64,000 nt of DNA from Mobula hypostoma (Eukaryota): contig NC_086108.1 of the NCBI RefSeq assembly GCF_963921235.1, positions 69,318,001-69,382,000 on the forward strand, written 5' to 3'. The stretch's first letter is position 1; the number at the start of each line of letters is the position of its first letter. Position numbers and translations under genes: made by a program. The notes under the pieces were generated by a model. The model was not told the DNA's origin. It made no database searches and was given only the letters and a program-made list of their open reading frames with translations. Of the stretch, positions 49,800 through 64,000 are shown in pieces.

Positions 49800-52700
49800 G
49801 TTTTGCAGAGGGATGGGAACCAGTGCAGCAGGTCAGAAAGTGGAGTTAAGAGTTAGGTAGATGTCATAACTAGGAAGAACAGGCAGGAAGGAGCAAGATA
49901 ATGGATACAATGAGATGGTATGGCCTGAACTGTGTATATTTTAATGCTAGGAGTATTATGGGTGAGGGTGTTGAACTTAAAGCATAGATCTATACATAGA
50001 ATTATGATGTTAGAAATTAACACGTGAGCAGAATTTGACCATTTGTCCATTCGAGTCTGCTCTGCCATTCCATCATGGCTGTTTTATTATCCCTCTCAAT
50101 CCATTCTGCGGCCTTCTCCCTGTAATCTTTGACATCCTTACTAGTCAACAACCTAGCAACCTCTGCTTTAAATATACCCATAGATATGGCCTCCACAGTC
50201 ATCTGTGGCAATGAATTCCAGTGATTCACCATCCTCTGGCTGAAGAAATTCTTTTTCACCTCTGTTCTAAAGGGAGATCCTTCTATTCCGAAGCTGTGCC
50301 CTCTAGTCCTAGACTCCCCCACAGTAGGAAACATCCCCTCCACATCCACTTTCAATGTTCAATAGGTTTCAATGAGATTCCCCCCTCCCCCCACCACCAC
50401 CACCAAATTCTTCTAAGTACCAGTGAGTACAGGCCCAGAGCCGTCAAATGCTTCTCATATGTTAACCCTTTCATTCTCAATCCTCCTCTGGGCTCTCTTC
50501 AATGTCAGCATATCCTTTCTTAGATAAAGGACCCAATATTGCTCACAATACTCCAAATGCAGTCTGACCAATGCCTTACAAAGTCTTACCATTATATCCT
50601 TGCTTTTGTATTCTAGTCTTCTCAAAATGAATGCTAACCTTTCATTTGCCTTCCTTACCACCAACTCAGCCTGCAAATGTTAACCATTAGGGAATCTTGC
50701 ACAAGGACTCCCATGTCCCTTTGCACCTCTGAATTTTCTCACCATTTAGAAAATAGTTTACACATTTATTCCTTCCATCAAAGTGCACAACATACAGTTC
50801 CCTACATTATATTCCAGTTGCCACTTTGACTATTCTCCCAATCTAAGTCGTTCTGCAGACTCCCTGCTTCCTCAGCACTACCTGCCCCTCCACCTATCTT
50901 CATATCGTCTGCAAACTTGGCCACAAAGTCATCAATTCTGTCATCCAAATCATTCACATATAGCATGAAAAGAAGCAGCCCACCTCGGACTCCTACAGAA
51001 CACCACTAGTCATCAGCAGCCAGCTAGAAAGACTTGGATGAAAGAAGGAAGGAGTAGGTGCTTAATGTTCCAGGGCCTTGATGTTTTGGAAAAGATAGAA
51101 AAGGTGATAAAAGCGTGGGGGAAGAGGGTTGTGATATTAATTAGGGACAATATCACAGCTGTATTAAGAGGGAACACAACTGAGGGCTCAATCACTGAGT
51201 CTATATGAGTGGAACTCAAAAATAGGAAGCTGCAGTTATGATGGGTTTATTCCCACAGACCCCGTCCCCCCAATAGCCACTGGGACACCAATGAACAGAA
51301 ATGCAAGACTAGGGCCTCTTGGGTGTGATTTGTTAGGTGTATCCAGAAGGGTTTTTAAAACCAGCATATAGATAGTCCTATGAGAGGAGGGCCCATACTT
51401 GACCACGTGTTGGATGTTCAGCAGGAGAACAGTTCGGGAACAGTGACCCCAACTCAAGTTTTAAGCCATCTGTGGCTAAGTGTGGATCTTAGAGGGGTGA
51501 GATCCTTAATGAGTAGTTACCATGGGGACAGAGGGGATAGGAAGCTAAGTGTGGAGTGTGCTAATATGCTGAGCTATTTTGAGATAAAGGTGGAGGTACT
51601 GTTGGGTCTCTTAAAGAACATTAGTGGTTAAATTCCCAGGGAATGATGGGATTTATCCCAGGTTATTAAGAGAGGCAAGAGATTGCCCGGGCCTTGATCA
51701 TTATCTTCACGTCCTCTCTAGCTACAGATGAGCAGCTAATGTTGTTCCATTGTTCAAGAAGGGAAATGGGGATAAACCTGGCAATAATAAACTAATGAGT
51801 CTCACACCAGTGGTAGGGAAGTTACTGGAGAGGAATCTTAGGGATAGGATTTATAACCATTTGGAAAAACATGGCCAAATTAGGGACAGTCAGCATATGA
51901 GAGAAGTTAAGATTTACTGACTTGGAAAAACTCAATCAAGGCAATGACAAAGGTGATTGAATGTTACATGAATTTTAGTAATGCATTTGACAAGGTTCAT
52001 CATGGGAGACACACCCATAAGACATGGGTGCAGAAGATGGAGACACTACTTTCTCCCTTAGGGGGAGAGAGAACCTGTGGTATGTTGAAAACCAGGTGAA
52101 ACGCAAAGTCTTTGTGGTAACTGCAAGTCTGTGTCTTTGCTGTTGCTTTGCTCACACTTGAGTGCTTGGTGGTGGGCGCCGATGCTGGTGGGGGGCGGGG
52201 GGATCGTGCTTGCTGCCGCTTTCCTTTGAATTAGGCCATTTGGCGTGTTCAGTCGCTCCACGCTGACTAATGGCTGATCCTTTTTCCCACTCCATGGCAC
52301 CATTGATGCCTTGTCCAATCAAGAACAGATCAAGCTCTGCCTTAAATACACCCAATGACCTGGCCTCCACAGTCACCTGTGGTAATAAATTCCACAAATT
52401 CAATACCCTCTGCCTAGAGAAATCTGTCCGCATCTTTGTTTTAATGGATGCCTCTCTATCCTGAGGCTGTGCCCCCTTGTCCTAGACTCCTGCATCTTGG
52501 GAAACATCCTTTCCATATCTACTCTGTCTAGGCCTTTCAACATTTGTAAAGTTTCAATGAGATCCCTTCCTTATCCTTCTAAATTCCAGCGAGTACAGAC
52601 CCAGAGCTATAAAACGTTCCTTGTATGATAATCCTTTCATTTCCCGAATTATCCTTGTGAACCACCTCTGAACCCTCTCCAATGCCAGCACATTTTTTCT

Positions 52701-54310
52701 TAGATGTAGAGCCCAAAACTGTTCACAGTACTCGAGGTGAGACCTCATAACGTCCTCACATCCCTGCTCTTGCATTTTAGACCTCTTGAAATGAATGTTA
52801 ACATTGCATTGCCTTTCTCACCACTGACTCGACCTGCAAATTAACCTTTAGGGTGTTCTGCACAAGGACTCCCAAGTTCCTTTGCATCTCAGATTTTTGG
52901 ATTTTCTCCCCATTCAGAAAATAGTCTGCACATTTATTTCTTCTACCAAAGTGCATGACCATACATTTTCCAACATTGTATTTCATTTGCCACTCTCTTG
53001 TCCATTCTCCTAATCTGCCTAAGTCCTTCTGCAGCCTACCTGATTCATCAACACTACCCTGCCCCTCCACCAATCTTTGTATCATCTGCAAACTTGGCAA
53101 CAGAGCTGTCAATTCCATCATCTAAATCTTTGATATATAGCATAAAAAGAAATGGTCCCAACACCAGCCCCTGCGGAATACCACTAGTTATTGGCAGCCA
53201 ACCAGAAAAGGATCCTTTTATTCTCACTCACTGCCTCCTACCAATCAGCCAGTGCTCTAATCATGCTAATAACTTTCCTGTAATACCATGGGTTCTTAAC
53301 TTGGTAAGCAGCCTCATGTGTGGCACCTTATCAAAGGCCTTCTGAAATTCCAAATATACAACATCCACCGCATCCTCTTTATCTATCCTACGTGTAATCT
53401 CCTCAAAGAATTCCAACAGGTTCATCAGGGAAGATTTTCCCTTAAGGAAACCATGCTGACTTTGTCCCATCTTGTCCTGTTTCCCTAAGTACTCCATAAC
53501 CTCATCCTTAACAATTGATTCCAACATCTTCCCAACCACTGAGGTCAGGCTAACTGGTCTATAATTTCCTTTGGGCTGCCTTCCTCCTTTCTTAAAGAGT
53601 GGAGTGACATTTGTAATTTTCCAGTCCTCTGGCACCATGTCAGAGTCCAATGATTTTTGAAAGATCATTACTAATGCCTCCACAATCTCTACTGCAATGT
53701 CTTTCAGAACCCTAGGGTGCAGTTCATCTGGTCCAGGTGATAAGTCTTTCAGCTTTTTGAGCACATTTTCCCTTGTAATAGTAACTGCACTCACTTCTCT
53801 TCCACCAGTGTCTTCCACAGTGAAGACTGATGCAAAATACTCATTTAGTTCATCAGCCATCTCCTTGTCCCCCATTATTATTTCTTCGGCCTCATTTTCT
53901 AGCAGCCCTACATCCACTTTCATCTTTTTTTTTATTTCTTTTTACATACAGTACTTGAAAAAGCTTTTACTATCCACTTTGATAATGTTTGCTAGCTTGC
54001 TTTCATATATCATCTTTTCCGTCTTAATGATTCTTTTAGTTGATCTCTGTAGGGCTTTAAAGGCTTCCCAGTCCTGTCTTTCCACCACTTTTTGCTTTAT
54101 TGTATGCCTTCTCTTTTGCTTTTACATTAGCTTTGATTTCCCTTGTCAGCCATGGTTGTACTATTTTGCCACCCAGTACATTAAAATGTATGGGTCCATG
54201 GAGTATTGGCCATCTGGATTCAGAATTGGCTTGCTGATGGAAGACAAGGTAGTGGTTGATGGGACTTCTTCATGCTGGAAGTCAGACTAGTGGTGTTCTG
54301 CGGAGCCCCT
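49800..54310 (+). mobile_element. Old CR1 host copy with two antisense CR1 insertions (50018-51030, 52018-54175)
   Basis: Plus-strand APE/RT remnants are broken at ~50015 and 52017 and resume at 51030 and 54176. Minus-strand ORFs 50017-50676 and 52554-53923 are CR1 ORF2. Confidence 0.8.
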
Positions 54311-54436
54311 TACTTGAACCTCTGCTGTTTGTGAAATTTGCAAATTTCAATCTGGTGGGATGAAGTTGGAATGGCAGGCCAGACTCGTTGGGTCAAATGG
54401 CCTAATTCTTTTCCTAGGTCTTATTGTCTACTCAAA

Positions 54437-55030
54437 ATAGATCTTTGGTTGTCATAGCCGGGGTAAGGTGGGAGGGATGGTTGGAAAATGCGGTGCATAG
54501 TGGGGATAAGCTTCCACTGCCTATTAGAATACTACCAATGGCATGTATTTCAAATGGCCTATGGCAAACAAATCCAGCTCCTGGCCTTCACTTGTGGCAG
54601 AACTATTTCAGCTGCCAGGCAAAGAGGCGTCTTAAAATCAGTCGCTTCAGGCAAATGGGGCTCGTCAGCCATGGTTGGCAGCCCATCTGGGAGAAGGAAA
54701 ATTCTGAATTCAAACCTCCACTGGCTTGCAGCTATACCCCGTCATGGGGAAGGCTTCAGAGTAAGCCCCAAGGAAAAAAAATCTGGAGCTGGAGTCCCCA
54801 AGGCAGTCCTACATTGAGTTCAATGCTGACTGGCAACTCCTGTGGTGCTGCTGGGCCAAACTGTATTGGTCTCTGCTTTTCCTTTGGATTCATCAGCTGT
54901 ATGGAGGGTGGAAGCCTGCTACATTGACAACAGTTTTTGCTCTCCGTATTGTACTGTCCCGGCTTGCATCTTGGCTTGACTATCATTCAGACAGCTAGTA
55001 CGGTTGACCTCAACTAACGGAAGCCTCACT
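54437..55030 (+). mobile_element. Unclassified ~600-bp interspersed repeat, copy 2
   Basis: Homologous to 32328-32930. Confidence 0.6.
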
Positions 55031-56444
55031 CACTTATCCTGGTAATGAAACTGTTTTCTTTTCTCCCCATTCCATAACTAACCACCTACAACACTCAGAG
55101 TTCTATGCTCTGTGACCTCTAGCAGGAAGGTAAATGCTTGGGAAAACAGTGAAAGGCAAAACCAAAGTAGTAGGTGTGATGGGTTGGATAGTTTGAAGTG
55201 TGTATATTTTAATGGAAGGAGTATTATGGGTAAAAGGTGATGAACTTAGAGCATGGGTCAGTACGTGGAACTACGATGTTGTGGCCATCATGGAAACTTG
55301 GATGGGAGAGGGGCAGGAATGAGTGATTAATGTACCAGGTTTTTGAAATTTTAGAAAAGATGAAGAAGGTTAAAAAAAAAGTGGTGGGGAGGAGGGATAA
55401 TCAGGGAAGATATCACCGCTGCACTCAGGGAGGGTTCAGACAGTGAGTCCATTTCAGAATCAGAATTGGGTTTATTATCACTGGCTTGTGTCGTGAAATT
55501 GGTTAACTTAGCAGCAGCAGTTCAATGCAATACATAACCTAGAAGAAAAAAATAAAATAATAATAATAAATAAATTACAGAATAGAACTCAGGTATAGGA
55601 AGGGTGCAATCACACTGAAGGGATTTTTATTACAGATCCCACTATAGCCACCAGGACTTCAAGGAACAGATATGTAAACAGATTAAGGAAATGTGGATTT
55701 CAACTTCCTTAATGTAAACTGGGACCACTTTAGTGCAAGGAGTTTAGATGGACTAGAATTTGTTAAGCATATCCTGGAAAGTTTCTTAAATCAATATGTG
55801 GACCATCCAGTGAGAGGAGGGCCCTACTGGACCTGGTGTTGGGTAATGAACCTGGCCAGGTGACAAACCTTTCAGAAGGTGAACAGTTAGGGAACAGTGA
55901 TCACAACTCCTTAACTATCAGGATAGCTATATATAAGGATAGGTATGGTCCTTGCAGGAGAGTTTTAAATTGGAGAAGGGCAAATTACGAGGGCATTAGG
56001 CAGGAACTAAGAAGAGTTAATTGGGAATATCTTTTCTCCTGCAAGCCAATCTCAGACACGTGGAGGGTATTTAAAGATCAATTGCACGGAGTACAGGAAA
56101 GGTATGTTCTGGTTTGAAAGATGGATGGGGATGGAAAGATAAAGGAACCTTGGGTCTCCAGAGAGGTGATGAATTTAGGCAAGAAGGAAAAGTATGTAAA
56201 GCTTCAGATGTTTAGATCAAATGAAGCATATGGTGAGTATAAAGAAGCCAGAAAAGAACTAAAGAAAGGAATTAGAAAAGCCAGGATGGGCCATGAAACG
56301 TCATTGACAAGTAGAATCAAGGTGAATCAGAAGGCATACTATACATACATCAAGTGCGAGAGGATAACTAGAGAGAGGGTGGAACTACTGAAGGATAAAG
56401 GGTGCAATACTTGCTTGGATTCAGAGAACATGATTGGGGTACTT

Positions 56445-58152
56445 AAGGATGCATACAGCTCCTCTCCCCTCCCCCCCCCCCATTGGGAAGGTCAGATCAC
56501 AACCTGGTGCATCTAAAACCCCACATGAGTCATCTGTTATCGGCCCCCAACCAACACATATTCCACTCTCCCCTCCTACCCCTCCTCACAGTCCCCCACC
56601 CTGCTCTCATGACTATACCCCTTCCCCACACAAAACCACCACAGTGGACTTCACAGCTGAACAGGTGAAAAGATAGCTGAAACATCTCAACCCAAGCAAG
56701 GCTGCAGGACCGGATGGTGTCTGTACCAGGGTGCTCAAAGCCTGTGCCCTTCGGTTATGTGGAGTAATTCACCATGTCTTCAACCTGAGCCTGAGGCTCT
56801 GGAGGGTTCCTGTGCTGTGGAAGACGTCCTGCCTCGTCCCTGCGCCCCAGCGGCCTCTGAGTACAGACCGGTGGCATTGACCTCCCACATCATGAAGACC
56901 TGGGAGAGACTTGATCTGGAGCTGCTCTGGCCTATGGTCAGGCCACACTTAGATCCCCTCCAGTTCGCCTACCAGCCCCGACTAGGAGTTGAGGATGCCA
57001 TTGTCTACCTGCTGAACCGTGTCTACGCCCACCTGGACAAGCCAGCCAGCACTGTGAGGGTCATGTTTTTTGACTTCTCCAGTGCGTTCAACACCATCCA
57101 CCCTGCTCTGCTGGGGGAGAAGCTGACAGCAATGCAGGTGGATGCTTCCCTGGTATCATGGATTCTTGATTACCTGACTGGCAGACCACAGTACGTGTGC
57201 TTGCAACACTGTGTGTCCGACAGAGTGATCAGCAGCACTGGGACGCCACAGGGGACTGTCTTGTCTCCCTTTCTCATCACCATTTACACCTCGGACTTCA
57301 ACTACTGCACAGAGTCTTGTCATCTTCGGAAGTTTTTGGATAACTCTGCCATAGTTGGATGCATCAGCAAGGGAGATGAGGCTGAGTACAGGGCTACAGT
57401 AGGAAACTTTGTCACACGGTGTGAGCAGAATTATCTGCAGCTTAATGTGAAAAAGACTAAGGAGCTGGTGGTAGACCTGAGGACAGCTAAGGCACCAGTG
57501 ACCCCTGTTTCCATCCAAGGGGTCAGTGTGGACATGGTGGAGGATTACAAATACCTGAGGATACGAATTGACCATAAACTGGACTGGTCTACAAGAAGGG
57601 TCAGAGCTGTCTCTATTTCCTGAGGAGACTGAGGTCCTCTAATGTCTGTCGGACATTGCTGAGGATGTTCTACGAGTCTCTGGTGGCCAGTGTTATTGTG
57701 TTTGCTGTTGTGTGCTGGGGCAGCAGGCTGAGGGTAGCAGACACCAACAGAATCAACAAACTCATTCGTAAGGCCAGTGATGTTGTGGGGATGGAACTGG
57801 ACTCTCTGACTGTGGTGTCTGAAAAAAGGCTGCTGTCCAAGTTGCATGCCATCTTGGACAATGTCTCCCATCCACTACATAATGTATTGGGCGGGCACAG
57901 GAGTACATTCAGCCAGAGACTCATTCCACCGAGATGCAACACAGAGTGTCATAGGAAGTCATTCCTGCCTGTGGCCATTAAACTTCACAACTCCTCCCTT
58001 GGTGGGTCAGACACCCTGAGCCAAGAGGCTGGTCCTGGACTTATTTTCTGGCATAATTTACATATTACTATTTAATTATTTATGGTGCAACTGTAACGAA
58101 AACCAATTTCCCCTGGGATCAATAAAGTATGACTATGACGATGACTATGACT
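56445..58152 (+). mobile_element. Rex1/Babar LINE (internally deleted) inserted in CR1
   Basis: APE end GRSDHNLVHL, RT ORF 56757-57623 (LDPLQFAYQP...FFDFSSAFNTI...PQGTVLSPFL), AATAAA and (tatgac)n tail at ~58121-58152. Confidence 0.88.
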
Positions 58153-59205
58153 GATAAGTATCTTGCTTCAGTATTTTACCAAGGAAAAGGATATGGAGGA
58201 CCAGGAGATCAATGCTGAGCATATAAATATGTTGGCGTGTTCAGAGGTCAAGAGGAGGAAGTGTTAGACACCCTAATGAGTATTACACTGGATAAGGCCG
58301 CAGGGCCTGATGCGATTTACCTCAGATCATTAAAGAAGGCAAGAGATGAGATTGTTGGGGTCTTGACCAGTATCTTTGTGTCCTCTCTAGCCACAGGCAA
58401 GGTCCCAGGGGACTGGCAAGTGACTAATGTTTTACCTCTATTTAAGAAGGTAACAAGGGAAAATCCTGGGAACTATAGACTGGTGAGTCTCACGTCAGTT
58501 AGAGGGAAGTTGCTGGAGAAAATTTTTAGGGATAGGATAATGAGCATTTGGAAACCCATGGCTTAATTAGGGAGAGCCAGCATGGCTTTGTGCAAGGCAG
58601 GTTGTGCTTTACCAACTTGATTAAGTTTTTTGACAAAATGACTAGATTGATGAGGGTAGGACAGTGGATGTTGTTTACATGGATTTTAGTACAGCATTTG
58701 ATAAAGTCCCTCATGGGAAGCTAATCCAGAAAATTAAGATGTATGGGATCCGCAGCCAATTGGCTGTTTGGGTTCAGAATTGGCTTGCACGAAGAAGACA
58801 GAGGGTAGTGGTTGCAGGGACTCATTCAAACTGGAGGTTTGTAATGATTGGTGTTCTGCAGGGATCTGTGCTGGGGCCTCTGCTCTTTGTGATGTCTATA
58901 AATTACTTGGATGAAAGTGTGGATGGGTGGGTTGGTAAATTTGTAGATGATACTGAGATTGGTGGAGTTGTGGTTAGTGGAGAAGACTGGCAAAGAATAC
59001 AGAGCATTTTGATCAATTGCAGATATGGGCAGAGAAATGGCAAATGCAGTTTAACCCAGATAAATGTGAGGTGTTGCACCTTGGTAGGACAAATGCAAGG
59101 GGATAGTGCATAGTGATCATTAACTGTGTTGCCGAGCAGAGAGATCTTGGGATCCAAGTTCATCGCTACTTGAAAGTGGCTACACCGGTCAGTAAGGTGG
59201 TTAAG

Positions 59206-59300
59206 AGTCCTGACGAAGGGTCTCGGCCTGAAACGTTGACTTTACCTCTTCCTAGAGATGCTGCCTGGCCTGCTGCATTCACCAGCAACTTTGATGTGTG
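59206..59300 (+). mobile_element. 95-bp Penelope pLTR fragment beginning at a hammerhead motif (59206-59241)
   Basis: agtcCTGACGAagggtctcggcctGAAAcGTTgact followed by pLTR sequence near-identical to 9149-9208. It interrupts CR1 ORF2. Confidence 0.8.
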
Positions 59301-59716
59301 AGAGCCTATGAATGTTTGCTTTTATTAGTTGAGGCACTGAGTTCAGAAGTCAAGAGGTTATGTTGCAACTTTATAAAACTCTGGTTAAGCCACATCTGGA
59401 ATTTTGTGTAGAGGTCTGGTCGCCCCACATTCTGCTATCATAGGAGACTGGGTAAGCTTGGGTTGTTTACTGTGGAGCACTGGAGACTGAGGGGAGATCT
59501 GATAGAGGTTCATAAGATTATGAGAGGCATAGATAGAGTAGACAGGGAGTACCTGTTTCCCAGGGTTGAAATGTCTGGCATCAAAGGGCATGCATTGAAT
59601 GTGAGAAGGGGTAGGTTCAAGGGGGACGTGAGGGGTAAGGTTTTTACTTGGAAAGTCACGGACACCAGGAATGCACTGTCTGGTATGGTGGTAGAGGCAA
59701 ATACATTAGAGGCTTT

Positions 59717-59995
<279 letters not shown>

Positions 59996-62900
59996 GGGGC
60001 TTTTACATGATGTTTGAATCGGCACTTGGATGTAAGGAAGATGGAGGGATATGGATATTGTGTAGGTGGAAGGGATTAGTGTTTGGATGTTTTTGATTTG
60101 CTTTTTAGCTGTTTCAGCATACATTGGGCTGAATAGCCTGTTCCTGTGCTGTACTCTTCTATGTTCTGTGATTTTGCATCCTTCACACTCTGCCCCATCA
60201 TTGGCATCTGCGCTGGATTGTAACTCTGAATTACTTCCCTGTATTTCTCGACTTCTCTGTATTCAAACGCCAGAAACTTTCAAATTTTGCTTTGTTGAGA
60301 CTCCTTATAATATCCCCTTGCTGAGTTAATATTAAGATGTTGCTCATGGGAAACATTTCTAAACATTTAATATTTTAAAGAAGCTAAATAAATCCAGGTT
60401 ACTGTATTAGCAATTTACATGTAAACTGTAATTATGGTTAACTTAGTAAATATAAACAAGGACAAAGGTAAATTTAAATTTTTAATGTTTAACAATATGA
60501 AACAGTATTTCTTGTCCTGAATCCAGCAGAACACAATCAACTGTCAAAACTAATATTTCATTTACAAATTCTACAATTATTGATCCAATCCCATGCTGCA
60601 CTTTAAGAATTGACATTTCAGATTGTAGATTAACTTTTCCAATATTTATGTGCAATCAATGCATTGTATTATAATAAATATAATAAAGAGATACATGTTC
60701 AGTGCAGAATTTTTAAATCTGCCTCTTTTAAAAGCAAAGTGTTTGGTATCCTTCAATTTCCATTATTTCAGTTAGCAGTAAATGGATGGTTGTCTTTCTG
60801 TTGCCCTTTCAAAGATGCTGAATGCATGAACCATTTACATAAAGATACTTCTAAACAAACAAAGGCTTTGTTTGCCTTAAGTGTTGAAGAGAATAATGTG
60901 CAATATGGCTGCCAAATCAAACGGAAATCAAAAGCTCCTTGGGATTCTCAAATTTATATTTTATAGTGTAACACTTATCCTAGAGTTTCCTGAATTTGAA
61001 GCCAAGTCTCCAGCCAGGTGAAAAATCTTGCTGGAAATAGTTTTGTTCTCCTCAAGCATTTTATACTTCATATTCTTATAACAATTAAATTAAAGAAAGG
61101 TAATTTAAGTGGAGTATTGGGTTGAATGTCTTATAATGCAATGCTCTAATACTAAATTCAATCAGAGTTGGCTACCACTGCCTGGAAATGAAACTTTTGC
61201 ATTAGCTAGCAGCTAAATCAATTATAGAAGGATATTAAGTATTTTGTGGGGGGTGGGGTGAACTGATATTCTGAGAAAAATCTTGAGTATTTTCCATGTT
61301 TATCCATAAACTATTTGCCTCTTTCAAGAAATAATTATTACAGGTTGGAAAGTTTGCATTTCAAGATGGACATATGAAAGTTTTTCCATATTTCTCTGGA
61401 AGGGAGTCACTACAGTATGTTTATATCAATAGCAAGTCAGACAATGGTACTGGAAATGAGTTTGCATATAAATATTTTAAACTAGGAAATAGAGGGTTAA
61501 AGTAACATTCTGATAACCAACTTTTATTCCCAGAATGATGCAAAACAACCACAGATTGAGTTTTTTTTAAAACCTCCCATAGTTTGAAAGAAAGTAAGTC
61601 TGACTATAAAATACCTGATGAAACTGTTCAGTTTTTTCATCATTGCTATTGACCTCCTAATGCATATGGCAAGTTGTTGAATGTAGAAGCTTTTTTGAAC
61701 TTGGGCCCCACCATTTAATGGGAGTGTTGTTCCTAATGTGATTTGTCTGCTGGCGAAGGGAATAGCAAGCCTAGTCTTCCTGCAATAAATTCTTCATCTG
61801 ACATCATCGCATGTAAAACCTTCCATAAGCAACAAATTTAACAATAAAATCAAAAGTTGCCACTGTTCACACATGCGTCAATCACTTTCTTCACAATATT
61901 TTTCAAACACCTTCAACATGAACTGACACATCAGATAATTGATTTTAATAGATGCAAACCACTCACTAAAGACACCTTACTAGCTGAAACAGGATATAAG
62001 CACATTGGACACTGCAACTGATAATAAAAAGGTAATGAAAAGTGTGTTATTTGCTCTATTGAAATGCAAGCAGTTTACATCTTTATATTCTTGGGTATCT
62101 TTTGGAGGTCAATGAGTGCTATGTGGTAATGCATTTTAATAACTGAAATCTATTTGCATGTGAAATAATGTATTTACATTTTTACAAAGACACTTATTTA
62201 GAAATAACATTACCGTAAATTACTAAACCAGTAATTTACTCCCTGAACCAAAGTAAACCAGTTGTGTTTATAATTCCTGAGAACCCAGTTGAAGTTGTTC
62301 TCAATCACAAAAGAAGTTCACAAAGATTACCAGTAAATGCAAATGTACCATTCTTCAGAGCAAGGGGGAAAAAATCAATGTGGATTTCATAGGTGTTTTG
62401 CCAGGATAATTTAAGCATCTTTTATAAAGAAGGCAGTAATGATTTCTTCCCATTTTGTGTGTGTGATTTCAACTTGAGAAGAGCAGCTTGGATTCGAAAA
62501 TGTGTTCTTGACTCCATTGAGTAATTGTTGTAATCTTGCCTAAACAAATAAAAGTAATCTGCTGTAAATTCTCCAGATTATTTGAATAGTCTGAATGCAT
62601 TTAGCTAAATAACTACAATTACACGGTAGAACAAATACTGTGACGAAGAGAGACCTATATATTGCAATAACATCCTATGCTCAAGTCATAGCAATGTCTT
62701 TTGGCATGTAATATAGCTTATAATTTTAGTAATACAGAATCATTTCATTGTGAAGGTCTGCCCCTCCAAATGATACAACAAAGTGATCTGCAGATGTGAA
62801 CAATTCCATTGGCAGTCATGAAAACCTCTAATTATCTCAAAGTCTCTTCTGAAGAAAACAGTTTCTGCTCCTCAGTCTTCATTCACAACCAATTCCTTAC

Positions 62901-63329
62901 ACTCAAAGTTAATAGCTTTACCTTCTCCTGTATCCAGGACTCAATGACATTCCTTTTGTTTCTTAAAATATAGTACCTAACCATTATATGATCATCTTCC
63001 TCAGTCATATAATTTATTTGCTAATTACATTCAGGTATCTCCATCCAATCAAACAATAAGAAATACTGTATTTATTCTAAATTATTTTTTCACATTGTAT
63101 CAAAGTGCTGGTTGTTAGTTGGAATGGCTTTTACTGAAAGGTCAACATATCAGGAGTGAGAGTGGAAGCTTCTGAAATGTCTGTGAGAGGAGTGGCTCGC
63201 CACACAGTCTCTCTCTCACTCTCTCTCGCTCTGTGCCTTGTAAAAGAGCCATGAAAAATCCATCATCACGGACGTACACATGCAGGCACACGCAAAAAAA
63301 AAGAAAGAATAAGCAGGTAAACAGAGGCT

Positions 63330-64000
63330 GGAATGGCAAAAAGTGAAATCAAATCCATAGGAAGAGATGACATAGGATTGGAAGATGTAGAATCCTTATG
63401 GGTAGAGAATGCAAAGGTAAAAAGCCCCAAATGGGAGTTATTCAGGCCTCTGAACAGTAGCCAGGATGTGGGATACAAATTACAATGAGAGATAGAAAAA
63501 GCACGTGAAAAGGGCAATGTTACGATAGTCCTGAGGATTTCAAAATACTGGTTGATTGGGAAAATTAGGTTGGTTCTGGATTCCAAGACTGGGAATTTGT
63601 AGAATGCTTCTGAAATGGCTCTTCAGAATAGCTTTTACTTGAGCCCATTAGGGGAAGACAATTCTGGAATGGGTGTTGTGGATTGACCAAGATTTGATTA
63701 GGAAGCTTAAGGTAAAGGTACTCTTAGGAGGCAGTAATTATAATCTAATAGAATTCACCATGCAGTTTGACAGGGAGTAGCTGAAGTCAGATGTTTCAGT
63801 ATTACAATGGAGTAAAGGGAGTTACAGAGGCACGAGAGAAGAGATGACCGAAGTTGATTAGGAGGGGCCATTTCAGGGATGATGGCAGAACAGTAGTGGC
63901 TGGAGTTTCTGGGCGCAACTCAGATCCAAGTACATCCCGAAGTAGTATTCTAAAGGGAGGATGAGACAACTGTGGCTGACAAGGGAAGTCAAAGACAGCA
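63330..64000 (+). mobile_element. Decayed CR1 ORF2 APE region, runs off window end
   Basis: Reverse-complement homologue of 29100-29800 (aggcctctgaacagtagccaggatgtggg; ctcttaggaggcagt). Confidence 0.75.

Noticed and set aside
56757..57623. 288-aa RT ORF as an active or domesticated gene
   Set aside because: The catalytic motif reads FLDN rather than xxDD, there are upstream stops and frameshifts and an internal deletion. It is a dead Rex1 copy.

Overview
This is eukaryotic (vertebrate) genomic DNA. The repeat content (CR1, Rex1/Babar, Penelope-like, Tc1, tRNA-derived V-SINE/HE1-like SINEs) suggests a cartilaginous fish such as a ray or shark (inference). The only recognisable host gene is RNF11, a RING-H2 E3 ligase on the + strand. 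It has three coding exons (10066-10185, 33960-34129, 36625-36796; 153 aa), a CpG-rich promoter, two short uORFs, a ~24 kb first intron and a long, TE-free putative 3' UTR. Most of the remaining sequence is decayed, often nested, transposable elements. The most interesting signal is a family of Penelope-like (GIY-YIG) retroelement ends carrying a minimal type I hammerhead ribozyme motif (AGUC-CUGAYGA-stem II-GAAAC-GUH-GACU). These repeatedly insert as tails-out inverted repeats with long target-site duplications. One young ~1 kb palindromic copy with two hammerheads lies just upstream of the RNF11 promoter. A second oddity is a ~35-copy 35-bp minisatellite grown out of the Pol III promoter region of a SINE. 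TE family names come from motif recognition, not database searches, and many TE boundaries are approximate.
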